A stretch of 64,000 nt of DNA, taken from assembly GCA_905213725.1 (NCBI GenBank), contig CAJMJM010000001.1:577-64576 (forward strand), in the 5' to 3' direction. This DNA comes from Collinsella aerofaciens (GTDB taxonomy: Bacteria; Actinomycetota; Coriobacteriia; Coriobacteriales; Coriobacteriaceae). The notes beneath the pieces are model-generated. The model had not been told where the DNA came from and searched no databases. It saw only the letters and a program-made list of their open reading frames with translations. Below are positions 39,628-48,223 of the stretch, piece after piece; position 1 is the stretch's first letter; the number at the start of each line of letters is the position of its first letter. The translations under genes were made by a program, and so were the position numbers.

Positions 39628-39969
39628 ATGAGTTTACTGACATTTGCCAAGACGGCCTTAGGTTCTATGGTCAAGCAGCCGGTCACGGTGCGCTATCCGC
39701 AGGAGAAGCTGACGGCACCCGAGCGCTTGCGCGGGCATATCGTCAACGACATGGACGTGTGCATCTGCTGCGGCATGTGCGCGCGCCGCTGCCCGGCGGG
39801 CGCGCTCGCGGTCGATCGCAAGGGCGGTACCTGGTCGATCGACCCGTACGCTTGCGTGGTGTGCGGTGAGTGCATCGAGAGCTGCCCCAAGCACTGCCTG
39901 ACTATGGACACCGCCCGCACCCCAGTCGCAGCGGACAAGACTCCCACAGTAGAAACCAAACCGGAATAG
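39628..39969 (+). CDS. echF: Ech hydrogenase 2x[4Fe-4S] ferredoxin subunit (EchF/NuoI-like)
   Basis: CICCGMCARRCP and CVVCGECIESCP cluster motifs. Confidence 0.8.
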   Translation: MSLLTFAKTALGSMVKQPVTVRYPQEKLTAPERLRGHIVNDMDVCICCGMCARRCPAGALAVDRKGGTWSIDPYACVVCGECIESCPKHCLTMDTARTPVAADKTPTVETKPE

Positions 39970-40055
39970 CGCCGGAATAGAGCTGGAATAGGGGCCGGTG
40001 GGGCAAAAATGCCCCACCGGCCCCGCGCTTAAACGCGCGGCTGGGCCGCCGCAAA

Positions 40056-40215
40056 CAAAACTATGCCGGTTTACGGGGCTGGATGGCGAACCTCCGACCA
40101 TACGGAAAAACACAAAAACAAAACCGCAGGTAGATAGCCTGCCGTTTTTCAAAAAATGAGGGTATGGATGAGGGTCCCGACTTTTGCCCCGTAATCCGGC
40201 ATAGTTTTGAAATAG
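40056..40215. repeat. structured repeat family A, locus 2
   Basis: Same terminal IRs as 19949-20108; internal AAAACCGCAGGTAGATAGCCTGCCGTTTTT hairpin. Confidence 0.65.
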
Positions 40216-40293
40216 CACCATATCCGTAGAAGCCCTTGATCTCCCGTGGACAGAGGGAAACGGATCATTTTTGCCTTGCGAGGGCTGCCGCGT

Positions 40294-40463
40294 GACCCGT
40301 CTGCCACGAAATGGGCCTATCTACTACGTTTAGGCGGCAGCCCTCGACCACGTCAAGTAATGCGAAATGAAAACCGCAGGTAGAACGCTTGCAGTTTTTC
40401 ATGAAAAGCGGCTATGGTCGGGGGTATCGAGTCAAACGTAGTAGATGGCCCGATTTCGTGGCG
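40294..40463. repeat. structured repeat family B, locus 2
   Basis: Same terminal IRs as 20193-20352; flanked by GGGAAACGGATCATTTTT (40256-40273) and GGGGACGGAGGAAAACGGGTCATTTTT (40485-40511). Confidence 0.65.
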
Positions 40464-40687
40464 AGCGTTACCAACTGATTCCCCGGGGACGGAGGAAAAC
40501 GGGTCATTTTTGCCTGATGGCTCCGAGTCGCACCCGTTTTCCTGCGAAAACGCCGTGTCTCAACTTTGGTGAGACATTTGTCTCACGCCCAAAACCGAAT
40601 CTGGAACATGTGTCACCTGCCCTAATTGTATCTCATTCCGTAACTTTAGGCTGATGCAAGGTCTGAGCCTGCGAGAAGGGAGACACG

Positions 40688-42796
40688 ATGGGTAAGTACA
40701 CGAGGGGTCTCTTGGCGGTGATACTGGCCGTAGTGCTGGTGTTGCCAGCCGCAGCATTCGCCATGCTGCCCGAGGCCAACGCCAGGTCCAGCACAGGAAT
40801 GGACGGACCGATAATGACCGGAAAGGTCGCCGACCCCGACACCAGCGGTCGCTGGGAAATCTGGGCGGCAGGCCACGGTGGCAATAAGGTAACGACCCAA
40901 AACGTCGGTCGAATCTGGACCGACAAGACGGTCAAGGCAACCGAGGAAAACGAAGAGTCGGACTTTTTGACCACGCTTTCGGCGATGTCCTCGACGTCTA
41001 ATTCAACCGTGACGGTCACCACGCCGCTTGACATCGTGATGGTGCTGGATGCCTCTGGCTCGATGGATGATCCTATGGGTGGCGGAGATTCCACCAAGCG
41101 TATCGATGCACTGAAGAGCGCTGCGAACAGCTTTATCAATACCATTGCCAAGCAAAACGAGGGTATCGAGGGTGTCGATAGGCAGCACAGGGTTGCCATT
41201 GTTAAGTTTGCGGGTGATAAGACCAATAAGGTCGGCAATGACCAGTACAAGAAAGGGCAATTTTGGTACAACAACTCGCAGGTGATGAAGGGTTTGACCG
41301 ATTGCTCTGGCGGCAACGTGAAAGTTCTTGAGGATACAGTTGCTGGAATCAAACCAAGCGGTGCCACGCGTGCCGACTATGGTCTGGAACTGGCCGGGGA
41401 TATCACTTTTGGCCGCGCAGATGCCAAGAAGATCGTTGTGTTCTTTACCGACGGCAAGCCAACGAGCTTCAGCGAGTTTGATTCTGACGTCGCCAAGGGT
41501 GCCGTGACGGCTGCCAAGAAGATGAAGGATGGCAAAGCCACCGTTTATACCATCGGCATCTTTAGTGGAGCGGACCCCGCTGACGATCCCTCGAAAGAGG
41601 GGACAAGCGACGTCAACAAGTTTATGCACGCCGTGTCGAGTAATTATCCCGATGCCACGTCGTATGCGAGCGCCAAGCTTGGCACACGCGCGGAAAACTC
41701 CGACTACTACAAGTCGGCGACCAACGCCGAAGAGCTCAAGAAGGTCTTCGACGACATCTCACAGGCCATCACATCGGAGGCGCCTTATCCGACCGAAATC
41801 CATAAGGGCTACGACGAGACCAAGTCCGGCTACATTACGTTTACCGACGAGCTGGGCGACTTTATGCAGGTCGACGGATTTACCGAAGTCGTCATCAACG
41901 GCACGCCGTTTACCGAGGCGAGCAAGACGTTCAACAAAGAAACCAATACCGACACATACGAGTTCACCGGCAAGGCAAAAGACCTGCTCATCACCGTGCA
42001 GCGTGCTGGCGCTGACAATCCCCAGAAGGGCGATATCGTAACGGTTAACATTCCTGCGTCGTTGATTCCGCTGAGCCACTTTAAGACCGTAGACGGCAAG
42101 CTTTCGGTCGACAACGCTAAGCCCATTCAGGTGAAGTATGCCTCGAGCGTGAAGAGCGCCGCACTTGACAACCTGTTTACGCCCGAGAAGGTCACGGGGC
42201 TCAAGGACTACATCGAGCATAATACGACTGTCGTTGACGGCACCAAGACCGTGAGCTTCTACGCGAACAAGTGGAGCGGTGGTGCGTTGGGTGATACGGT
42301 TGCGACCTTTGAGCCGGCCGACACCAACCGCTACTACTACTTCCAGAAGCAGACTCCCATTTACACGGACAAGGACTGCACACAGCCTGCAAAGAATTCG
42401 CTGACAGATACTGGCACCTATTACTACAAGGATGAGTTTGAGGAGCAGGGCGAGAACGGCGAGGCCAAGCCCGCCACTGCCGTCATCGAGTTTATCGGCG
42501 GCGACGCTGCCAAGTTTGACGGCGCTATTGTTGCCGACAAGGACGGCAACCTTTCGTTTAGCGTGGGAACCGCGCGTCTGGCCTTTATCGACGAGCTCCA
42601 CACCACCAAGGGCAGCGTGGGCGGCAACAGCACTGGTACCGCGACCGACGTTCTCAACCCCAAATGGAACAACGTGTCCGCCAAGGCGGCTGCGACGCAT
42701 GTCAATTCCTATCTGGGCAACAACGGCAAGATCAGCTTTGCGTATGACATGACGCCGGCAATGGTGAACACCAAGGCCAGCTTTGGTCTAACCTAG
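40688..42796 (+). CDS. surface adhesin, N-terminal part: signal peptide, VWA domain with MIDAS motif, Ig-like region; ends at in-frame TAG
   Basis: Signal peptide MGKYTRGLLAVILAVVLVLPAAAFA; DASGSMDD MIDAS; ORF ends FGLT-TAG exactly at the isopeptide-Lys position of a SpaA-type domain; no cell-wall anchor in this ORF. Confidence 0.75.
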   Translation: MGKYTRGLLAVILAVVLVLPAAAFAMLPEANARSSTGMDGPIMTGKVADPDTSGRWEIWAAGHGGNKVTTQNVGRIWTDKTVKATEENEESDFLTTLSAMSSTSNSTVTVTTPLDIVMVLDASGSMDDPMGGGDSTKRIDALKSAANSFINTIAKQNEGIEGVDRQHRVAIVKFAGDKTNKVGNDQYKKGQFWYNNSQVMKGLTDCSGGNVKVLEDTVAGIKPSGATRADYGLELAGDITFGRADAKKIVVFFTDGKPTSFSEFDSDVAKGAVTAAKKMKDGKATVYTIGIFSGADPADDPSKEGTSDVNKFMHAVSSNYPDATSYASAKLGTRAENSDYYKSATNAEELKKVFDDISQAITSEAPYPTEIHKGYDETKSGYITFTDELGDFMQVDGFTEVVINGTPFTEASKTFNKETNTDTYEFTGKAKDLLITVQRAGADNPQKGDIVTVNIPASLIPLSHFKTVDGKLSVDNAKPIQVKYASSVKSAALDNLFTPEKVTGLKDYIEHNTTVVDGTKTVSFYANKWSGGALGDTVATFEPADTNRYYYFQKQTPIYTDKDCTQPAKNSLTDTGTYYYKDEFEEQGENGEAKPATAVIEFIGGDAAKFDGAIVADKDGNLSFSVGTARLAFIDELHTTKGSVGGNSTGTATDVLNPKWNNVSAKAAATHVNSYLGNNGKISFAYDMTPAMVNTKASFGLT

Positions 42797-45700
42797 GTGC
42801 TCGAGGGGCGCGACTGGACGAATGCTGACGCGTTTGAGTTTGGCCTGACATCCGAGAGCGGCGCCCCGATGCCTGCGGCTAGGACTGCGACCGTGCGCAA
42901 GGCTGACCTGGACCAGGGCAAGGCTGCCATCGACTTCGGCACGATCGAATACACCGAACCTGGCACGTACGTCTACAAGGTCAGTGAAAAGCATGCCGGG
43001 ACCACGAATGACGGCATCGCCTACAGCAAAAACGTCGCGGAGAACACCGTGACGGTAACGCCCGACAAGGAGGGCGAGCTCAGCGCCGCTGTGAAGGTGG
43101 CCTGGAGTGAAGCCGAAGTGACCGAGTTCAAGAACGTCTACGCTGCGGATCCTGTTGAGTCCAGCGTTACCGACCAGATTACCGTGGCCAAGTCCCTGAC
43201 CGGGCGCGACTTGACGGAAGGCGAGTTCAGTTTTGAGCTGCGCGAGGTTAAGGGCGAGGACTCTGAGCTTATCGAGACCGTTGCGAACGCCGCCGACGGC
43301 AAGGTGACGTTCAGCACCATCAAGTACACCGAGATCGGCCAGCACACCTACATGCTGCGTGAGGTCAAGGGCGACGCCGGTGGCATTACCTATGACGATA
43401 CGATCTACACTGTCGTGACGACCATTGCCGATAACGGCAAGGGCCAGCTGGCCGCTACGCACGAGCTGAAGGGCGCCAAGGACGTCAAGAGCATCGAGTT
43501 CAAGAACGCCTACACCACAAATGCTGCCGAGGCATCGCTTACGGGCATCAAGAACCTGCAGGTCGCCGACGGCTTGACCCCGGCTGACATTGCCGGCAAG
43601 TTCACCTTTACCGTGACCGGTGAAGAGGGCGCACCCATGCCCGCGAACGCGAGTGTGACCAATGATGCCAAGGGCAAGGTCGACTTTGGCAAGATTACCT
43701 TTACGCTCGACGACCTTAACAAGGCTCTGGGCGAGAAGCCCGAGAAGCGCGAGCACACCTTTACCTACACCGTGACCGAGTCCGGCGAGGTCGCTGGCGT
43801 GACCAACGACGCCAAGCTGTCGCGCGAGGTTTCCTTCACCGTGACTGATGACGGCAAGGGCAATCTGAGCGTATCCCACAAGCCGGACGGCGATGTGGCA
43901 TTTACGTTCACCAATACCTATAACGTGACGCCTGTCGAGACGAGCGTCACCGACCAGATTACCGCGACCAAGGTCCTGACCGGGCGCGAGCTTGCTGCCG
44001 GCGAGTTCTCCTTCGAGCTCGTCGAGGGCGAGGGCGAGGACGCCAAGGTTATCGCCACCGGCACTAACGCCGCCGATGGCAAGATCACGATGAGCGCCGT
44101 GAAGTACACCAAGGCCGGAACGCACGCCTACACGCTGCGCGAGGTCAAGGGCGGAACCATCAGCAAGGGCGTCACCTACAGCGATGCCGAGTACACCATC
44201 GAGACCACCATCACGGACAACGGCGACGGTACGCTCAGCGCCACGCATGTTCTGAAGGACGACGTCAAGGCTGCAACTTTCGAGAACGCTTACAGCGTGA
44301 CCCCGCTCGACGCAGAGTTCGACTTTGGCCTGGGCAAGGCCATCGACGGTCGCGACTGGACGGACTCCGACAAGTTCAGCTTTACCATTACCGCTTCCGA
44401 GGGCACCCCGCTGCCCGATCCCGCAACCGTAACCGTGAGTAAGAAGGACGCGAAGGACGGCATCGCCGCCATCAAGTTCGGCAAGATCCACTACACGGCT
44501 GCCGGAACCTACAAGTATGAGATCCGCGAGAACGCGGGTAATACGGTCGGCATGACGTATGACTCCCACGTCGCGACCGCCGAAGTAACCGTGACCGAGG
44601 ACGGCGATGGCAACCTGACCGCCAACGTCACCAAGAAGGAAAACGGACGCTTTACCAACACGTACCGCACTGAGCTTAACTACACCGCGGCCGGCGGTCT
44701 GTGGCTCAGCAAGTATCTGGACGGCCGCCCCATGACCGAGGGCCAGTTCACCTTTACCGTGACACCTGCTGACGACGCTTCGGCTCGCGCGCTCGGTCTG
44801 CTGCCCGGGGCCAACAGCTTCAAGTCTCCCGAAGCGGCAGAGGCAACGGTCGGACTGATCGACATTCTGGCTGGTCATGAGGTTAAATTTACGCAGGCTG
44901 ACGCCGGCAAGACCTTCAAGTACACCGTGGCCGAAAAGAACGACGGCCAGCCCGGTTACACCTACGATGACGCCGTACGCACGGTGACGATCGCCATCGC
45001 CGACGACACCGCCGGTACGCTCACTGCTACGACGACCGTTTCCGGTGGTCCCGAGGGCACGCATGAGACGGTCCACAAGAGTGGCGAGAACAAGGTCGAG
45101 AAGGCCCTGGTGCCGTTCCACAACAGTTACAGCGCTACGACCAACACGCCTGGCGGCACCGCCGCTCAGGTCGTTGCCACCAAGACTCTGACCGGCCGCC
45201 CGATGGCCGACGGCGAGTTCTGGTTCGGCATCGCCTATCAGGGTGAGCTTGTGGCATACGAAAACCTCAAGCCCAATATCGGCGGGCACGTGAGCTTTGA
45301 TACGCTGCACTACGACACTAAGATGCTTGCTAATCTTGAGGCTGCTGGGCTTGCCCATCGTACCGACAAGGACGGTAAGCTTGCCTGGACCATTAACTAC
45401 ACGGCCTACGAAGATTTATTCGGGCTGCCGAATGGCGTTTCCGCTACAACGTGGAGCTTTGGCTTTAAGGTTATCGTCGTCGACAACGGTGACGGTACCC
45501 TGACGGCGACGGTCGACTACGGCGGCGTCGAGCCCTTGTTCGAGAACGTCTACGGCGCCGACGCCGTGGATGCCGCGCTCACCGGTACTAAGAAGCTCCA
45601 GGTTGCCGAGGGCCTGACCCCGGCCGACATCACGGGTAAGTTCACCTTTACCGTGACCGCCGACGAGGCAGGTGCCCCGATGCCCGAGCGCACGACCGTA

Positions 45701-46987
45701 ACCAACGACGCAGCCGGTAACGTGGACTTTGGCAAGATCCACTTTACGCTCGAGGACCTCAACCGCGCTCTGGGCGTGACGGACGATGCGACCGATAAGG
45801 CCGAGGCGGACGAAGCTGACGAGGCCGAGGCCGACGAGGCAGAGGCTGAAGAGGCCGACCCCGCCGCTGACGCCAATGTCGACGAGTCCGAGCCTGCGGC
45901 CCCCACCGCTCCGCGCTCGCACACCTTTGCCTATACGGTGACCGAGACCGGCAGCGCCCCTGGCGTGACCAACGATGCCAACGCCACGCGCAAGGTTTCC
46001 TATACCGTGACTGACGACGGCGCCGGACATCTGAGCGTCGTGCGCAACGGCGACGACGGTGCGGCCTTCACATTCATCAACACCTACAGCGTAACGCCCA
46101 CCGACTCTGTCGTGACCGATCAGGTCAAGACGGTCAAGCGTCTGACCGGACGCGACCTTGCAGCCGGCGAGTTCACGTTTGATCTGCTCGAGGACGGCGT
46201 GGTTGTCGCTAGCGGCACCAACGACGCCAACGGCACTGTGACACTGAGCCCGATCCGCTACGAGGCGCCCGGCACGCACACGTACACGCTGCGCGAGGCT
46301 TGCCCCAATGCGCTCGGCCTGTACAAGGGCGTCACCTATGCCGGTACGACCTACACCGTCGTGGCCACCGTCTCTGACAACGGCGATGGCACACTGGCCG
46401 TGACGCACAAGCTCGAGGGAACCACCGAGTCGGCTGGTTTTACCAACAAGTATCACGCCATGCCCACCCAAGTCTCCATCGGCGCCATCAAGGTGCTCGA
46501 GGGACGCGAGCTCAAGAAGGACGAGTTCAGCTTTAAGCTCGTTGGCGAGGGCATCGAGTCCACCGTCACCAACGATGCCGACGGTAAGATCAGCTTCGAC
46601 AAGTTTGAGTACGACGAGCCCGGTACGCACGTCTACACCATCAGCGAAGTCAAGGGCGACGAGGCCGGTATGACCTACGACAAGTCCGTCTTTACCGCGA
46701 CCGTCAACGTGGTCGATGACGGCGAGGGCAACCTCAAGGCGAACGTCGCCTTTACCAAGGGCGACAGGAGCGTCGAGGGTATCGTGTTCAACAACACGTA
46801 CAAGAAGCCCGAGACTCCTACGCCGACACCCGATCCCGGCACGCCCAAGACCGTGACGAACATCGTCAAGACGGTCAAGGGTTTCCTGCCCACCACGGGC
46901 GACCAGCAGGCTGCCGCTCTGCTTATGGCATTTGTCATCGCCATGGCCGGCGTCGGAGCCCTGGTCTGGGGTATCCGTAAGCGCTAG
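42797..46987 (+). CDS. surface adhesin, C-terminal part: about 9 SpaA/Spy0128-type isopeptide (CnaB-like) domains, acidic linker, LPXTG anchor
   Basis: Same frame as 40688-42796; repeated (A/V/I)xK(V/S)L(T/E)GR(D/E)L...EFSF(E/K)L...NxxDGK(V/I)xF..IxYxxxGTHxYxxxE domains; LPTTG at 46886-46900 followed by hydrophobic helix and RKR; no signal peptide of its own. Confidence 0.8.
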   Translation: MLEGRDWTNADAFEFGLTSESGAPMPAARTATVRKADLDQGKAAIDFGTIEYTEPGTYVYKVSEKHAGTTNDGIAYSKNVAENTVTVTPDKEGELSAAVKVAWSEAEVTEFKNVYAADPVESSVTDQITVAKSLTGRDLTEGEFSFELREVKGEDSELIETVANAADGKVTFSTIKYTEIGQHTYMLREVKGDAGGITYDDTIYTVVTTIADNGKGQLAATHELKGAKDVKSIEFKNAYTTNAAEASLTGIKNLQVADGLTPADIAGKFTFTVTGEEGAPMPANASVTNDAKGKVDFGKITFTLDDLNKALGEKPEKREHTFTYTVTESGEVAGVTNDAKLSREVSFTVTDDGKGNLSVSHKPDGDVAFTFTNTYNVTPVETSVTDQITATKVLTGRELAAGEFSFELVEGEGEDAKVIATGTNAADGKITMSAVKYTKAGTHAYTLREVKGGTISKGVTYSDAEYTIETTITDNGDGTLSATHVLKDDVKAATFENAYSVTPLDAEFDFGLGKAIDGRDWTDSDKFSFTITASEGTPLPDPATVTVSKKDAKDGIAAIKFGKIHYTAAGTYKYEIRENAGNTVGMTYDSHVATAEVTVTEDGDGNLTANVTKKENGRFTNTYRTELNYTAAGGLWLSKYLDGRPMTEGQFTFTVTPADDASARALGLLPGANSFKSPEAAEATVGLIDILAGHEVKFTQADAGKTFKYTVAEKNDGQPGYTYDDAVRTVTIAIADDTAGTLTATTTVSGGPEGTHETVHKSGENKVEKALVPFHNSYSATTNTPGGTAAQVVATKTLTGRPMADGEFWFGIAYQGELVAYENLKPNIGGHVSFDTLHYDTKMLANLEAAGLAHRTDKDGKLAWTINYTAYEDLFGLPNGVSATTWSFGFKVIVVDNGDGTLTATVDYGGVEPLFENVYGADAVDAALTGTKKLQVAEGLTPADITGKFTFTVTADEAGAPMPERTTVTNDAAGNVDFGKIHFTLEDLNRALGVTDDATDKAEADEADEAEADEAEAEEADPAADANVDESEPAAPTAPRSHTFAYTVTETGSAPGVTNDANATRKVSYTVTDDGAGHLSVVRNGDDGAAFTFINTYSVTPTDSVVTDQVKTVKRLTGRDLAAGEFTFDLLEDGVVVASGTNDANGTVTLSPIRYEAPGTHTYTLREACPNALGLYKGVTYAGTTYTVVATVSDNGDGTLAVTHKLEGTTESAGFTNKYHAMPTQVSIGAIKVLEGRELKKDEFSFKLVGEGIESTVTNDADGKISFDKFEYDEPGTHVYTISEVKGDEAGMTYDKSVFTATVNVVDDGEGNLKANVAFTKGDRSVEGIVFNNTYKKPETPTPTPDPGTPKTVTNIVKTVKGFLPTTGDQQAAALLMAFVIAMAGVGALVWGIRKR

Positions 46988-47065
46988 GCACGCTGGCAGC
47001 GCCCGGGGCCAGAAGGCCCCGGGCGGCCGGCGGGGAGCCAGAACATAGCCCCACCCCCAGCCCCA

Positions 47066-47106
47066 GCCGCCACGGAGGTATCTCCCTCCTCCGTGGCGGC
47101 GCTTTT
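47066..47106 (+). terminator. rho-independent terminator after adhesin gene
   Basis: GCCGCCACGGAGG-loop-CCTCCGTGGCGGC followed by GCTTTTGTG. Confidence 0.55.
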
Positions 47107-47128
47107 GTGCGTAGGCGAGAAGGGTTCG

Positions 47129-47288
47129 CCACGAAACCGGCCCATCTACTACGTTTAGCCCCTTACCCCCAACCATGCCGAAAAGCGCAAAAACAAAACC
47201 GCAGGTAGAACGCCTGCGGTTTTGTTCAAAACGAAGGTATGGTCAGGGGTATCGAGTCAAACGTAGTAGATGGGCCGATTTCGTGGCG
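47129..47288. repeat. structured repeat family B, locus 3
   Basis: Near-identical right end to locus 2 copy (GGGGTATCGAGTCAAACGTAGTAGATGGGCCGATTTCGTGGCG); followed by GGGGACGGAGGAAAACGGCTCATTTT at 47310-47335. Confidence 0.65.
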
Positions 47289-47379
47289 GGCGGTTTCGGC
47301 TGATCCATTGGGGACGGAGGAAAACGGCTCATTTTGGTCCCGCGAGGCTGGCGGAGACACTCGTGCAGGGCCGCCCGAA

Positions 47380-47539
47380 CAAAACTATGCCGGTTTACGG
47401 GGCTAAGTCACGCGCTCCCAACCATGCCGATATCCGTGAAAATAAAACCGCAGGTAGACAAGCCGTCATTTTACGGAAAACGCGGGTATGGATGGGGGCC
47501 CTGAGCTTAGCCCCGTAAACCGGCATAGTTTTGAAATGG
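47380..47539. repeat. structured repeat family A, locus 3
   Basis: Same terminal IRs; internal AAAACCGCAGGTAGACAAGCCGTC. Confidence 0.65.
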
Positions 47540-47593
47540 CATTAAATCGATAACAGCTATTTTGCTCTGTCGGAGCGGTTGGCCGTTGGGTAA

Positions 47594-48223
47594 TTACCCT
47601 CGCAGGTAGGCGATGGCGATCTGCGTGCGGTTGCGTAGGCCCATTTTGGCAAGGATCGAGCTGATGTGGTTGCGTACGGTGCCTTCGCCCATATAGGCGG
47701 TGGCGGCAATCTCCTTGTTATCGAGGCCGCGGGCGATGAGCTCGGCGACTTCGAACTCGCGGTCGGTCAGACCGGCAAAGGCGGCGGGCCGGCGGGTCGC
47801 GCCGGCCTCGACGTCCGCCCCATCAAAGTTGATATCTTCGATCGCCTTGCCCTCGAGCACGCGTTTGCCGTCCATGACCTGCGCCAACGCCGGCGGAATG
47901 GCAGCGACATCGGTCTTGATCAGGTAGCCGCGGGCGCCCAGCTTGAGCGCCGACACAATGTACTCGTCATCCGAGAACGTCGTCAGAAACACCACGCGCG
48001 CCGCAGGGTCGTGCTCAAGGATCTCGCGCGCGGCCGAAAGGCCGTCGCGTCCCGGCATCTGGATGTCGAGCAGCGCAATATCGGGTGCGTGCTCGGCGTA
48101 GAGCGCCACCGCATCGTTGCCGTTGGCACCGGTGCCCACCACTTCGATCTGCGGCTGGGCGCCCAAGATAATCTTGAGCGAATCGACCACCAAGCGGTCG
48201 TCGTCGACAACGATGAGCCTCAT
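47594..48223 (-). CDS. LuxR/NarL-family response regulator
   Basis: 209 aa; receiver (DDDRLV...D), C-terminal LuxR HTH (LTDREFEVAELIARGLDNKEIAATAYMGEGTVRNH). Confidence 0.85.
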   Translation of the reverse strand: MRLIVVDDDRLVVDSLKIILGAQPQIEVVGTGANGNDAVALYAEHAPDIALLDIQMPGRDGLSAAREILEHDPAARVVFLTTFSDDEYIVSALKLGARGYLIKTDVAAIPPALAQVMDGKRVLEGKAIEDINFDGADVEAGATRRPAAFAGLTDREFEVAELIARGLDNKEIAATAYMGEGTVRNHISSILAKMGLRNRTQIAIAYLRG

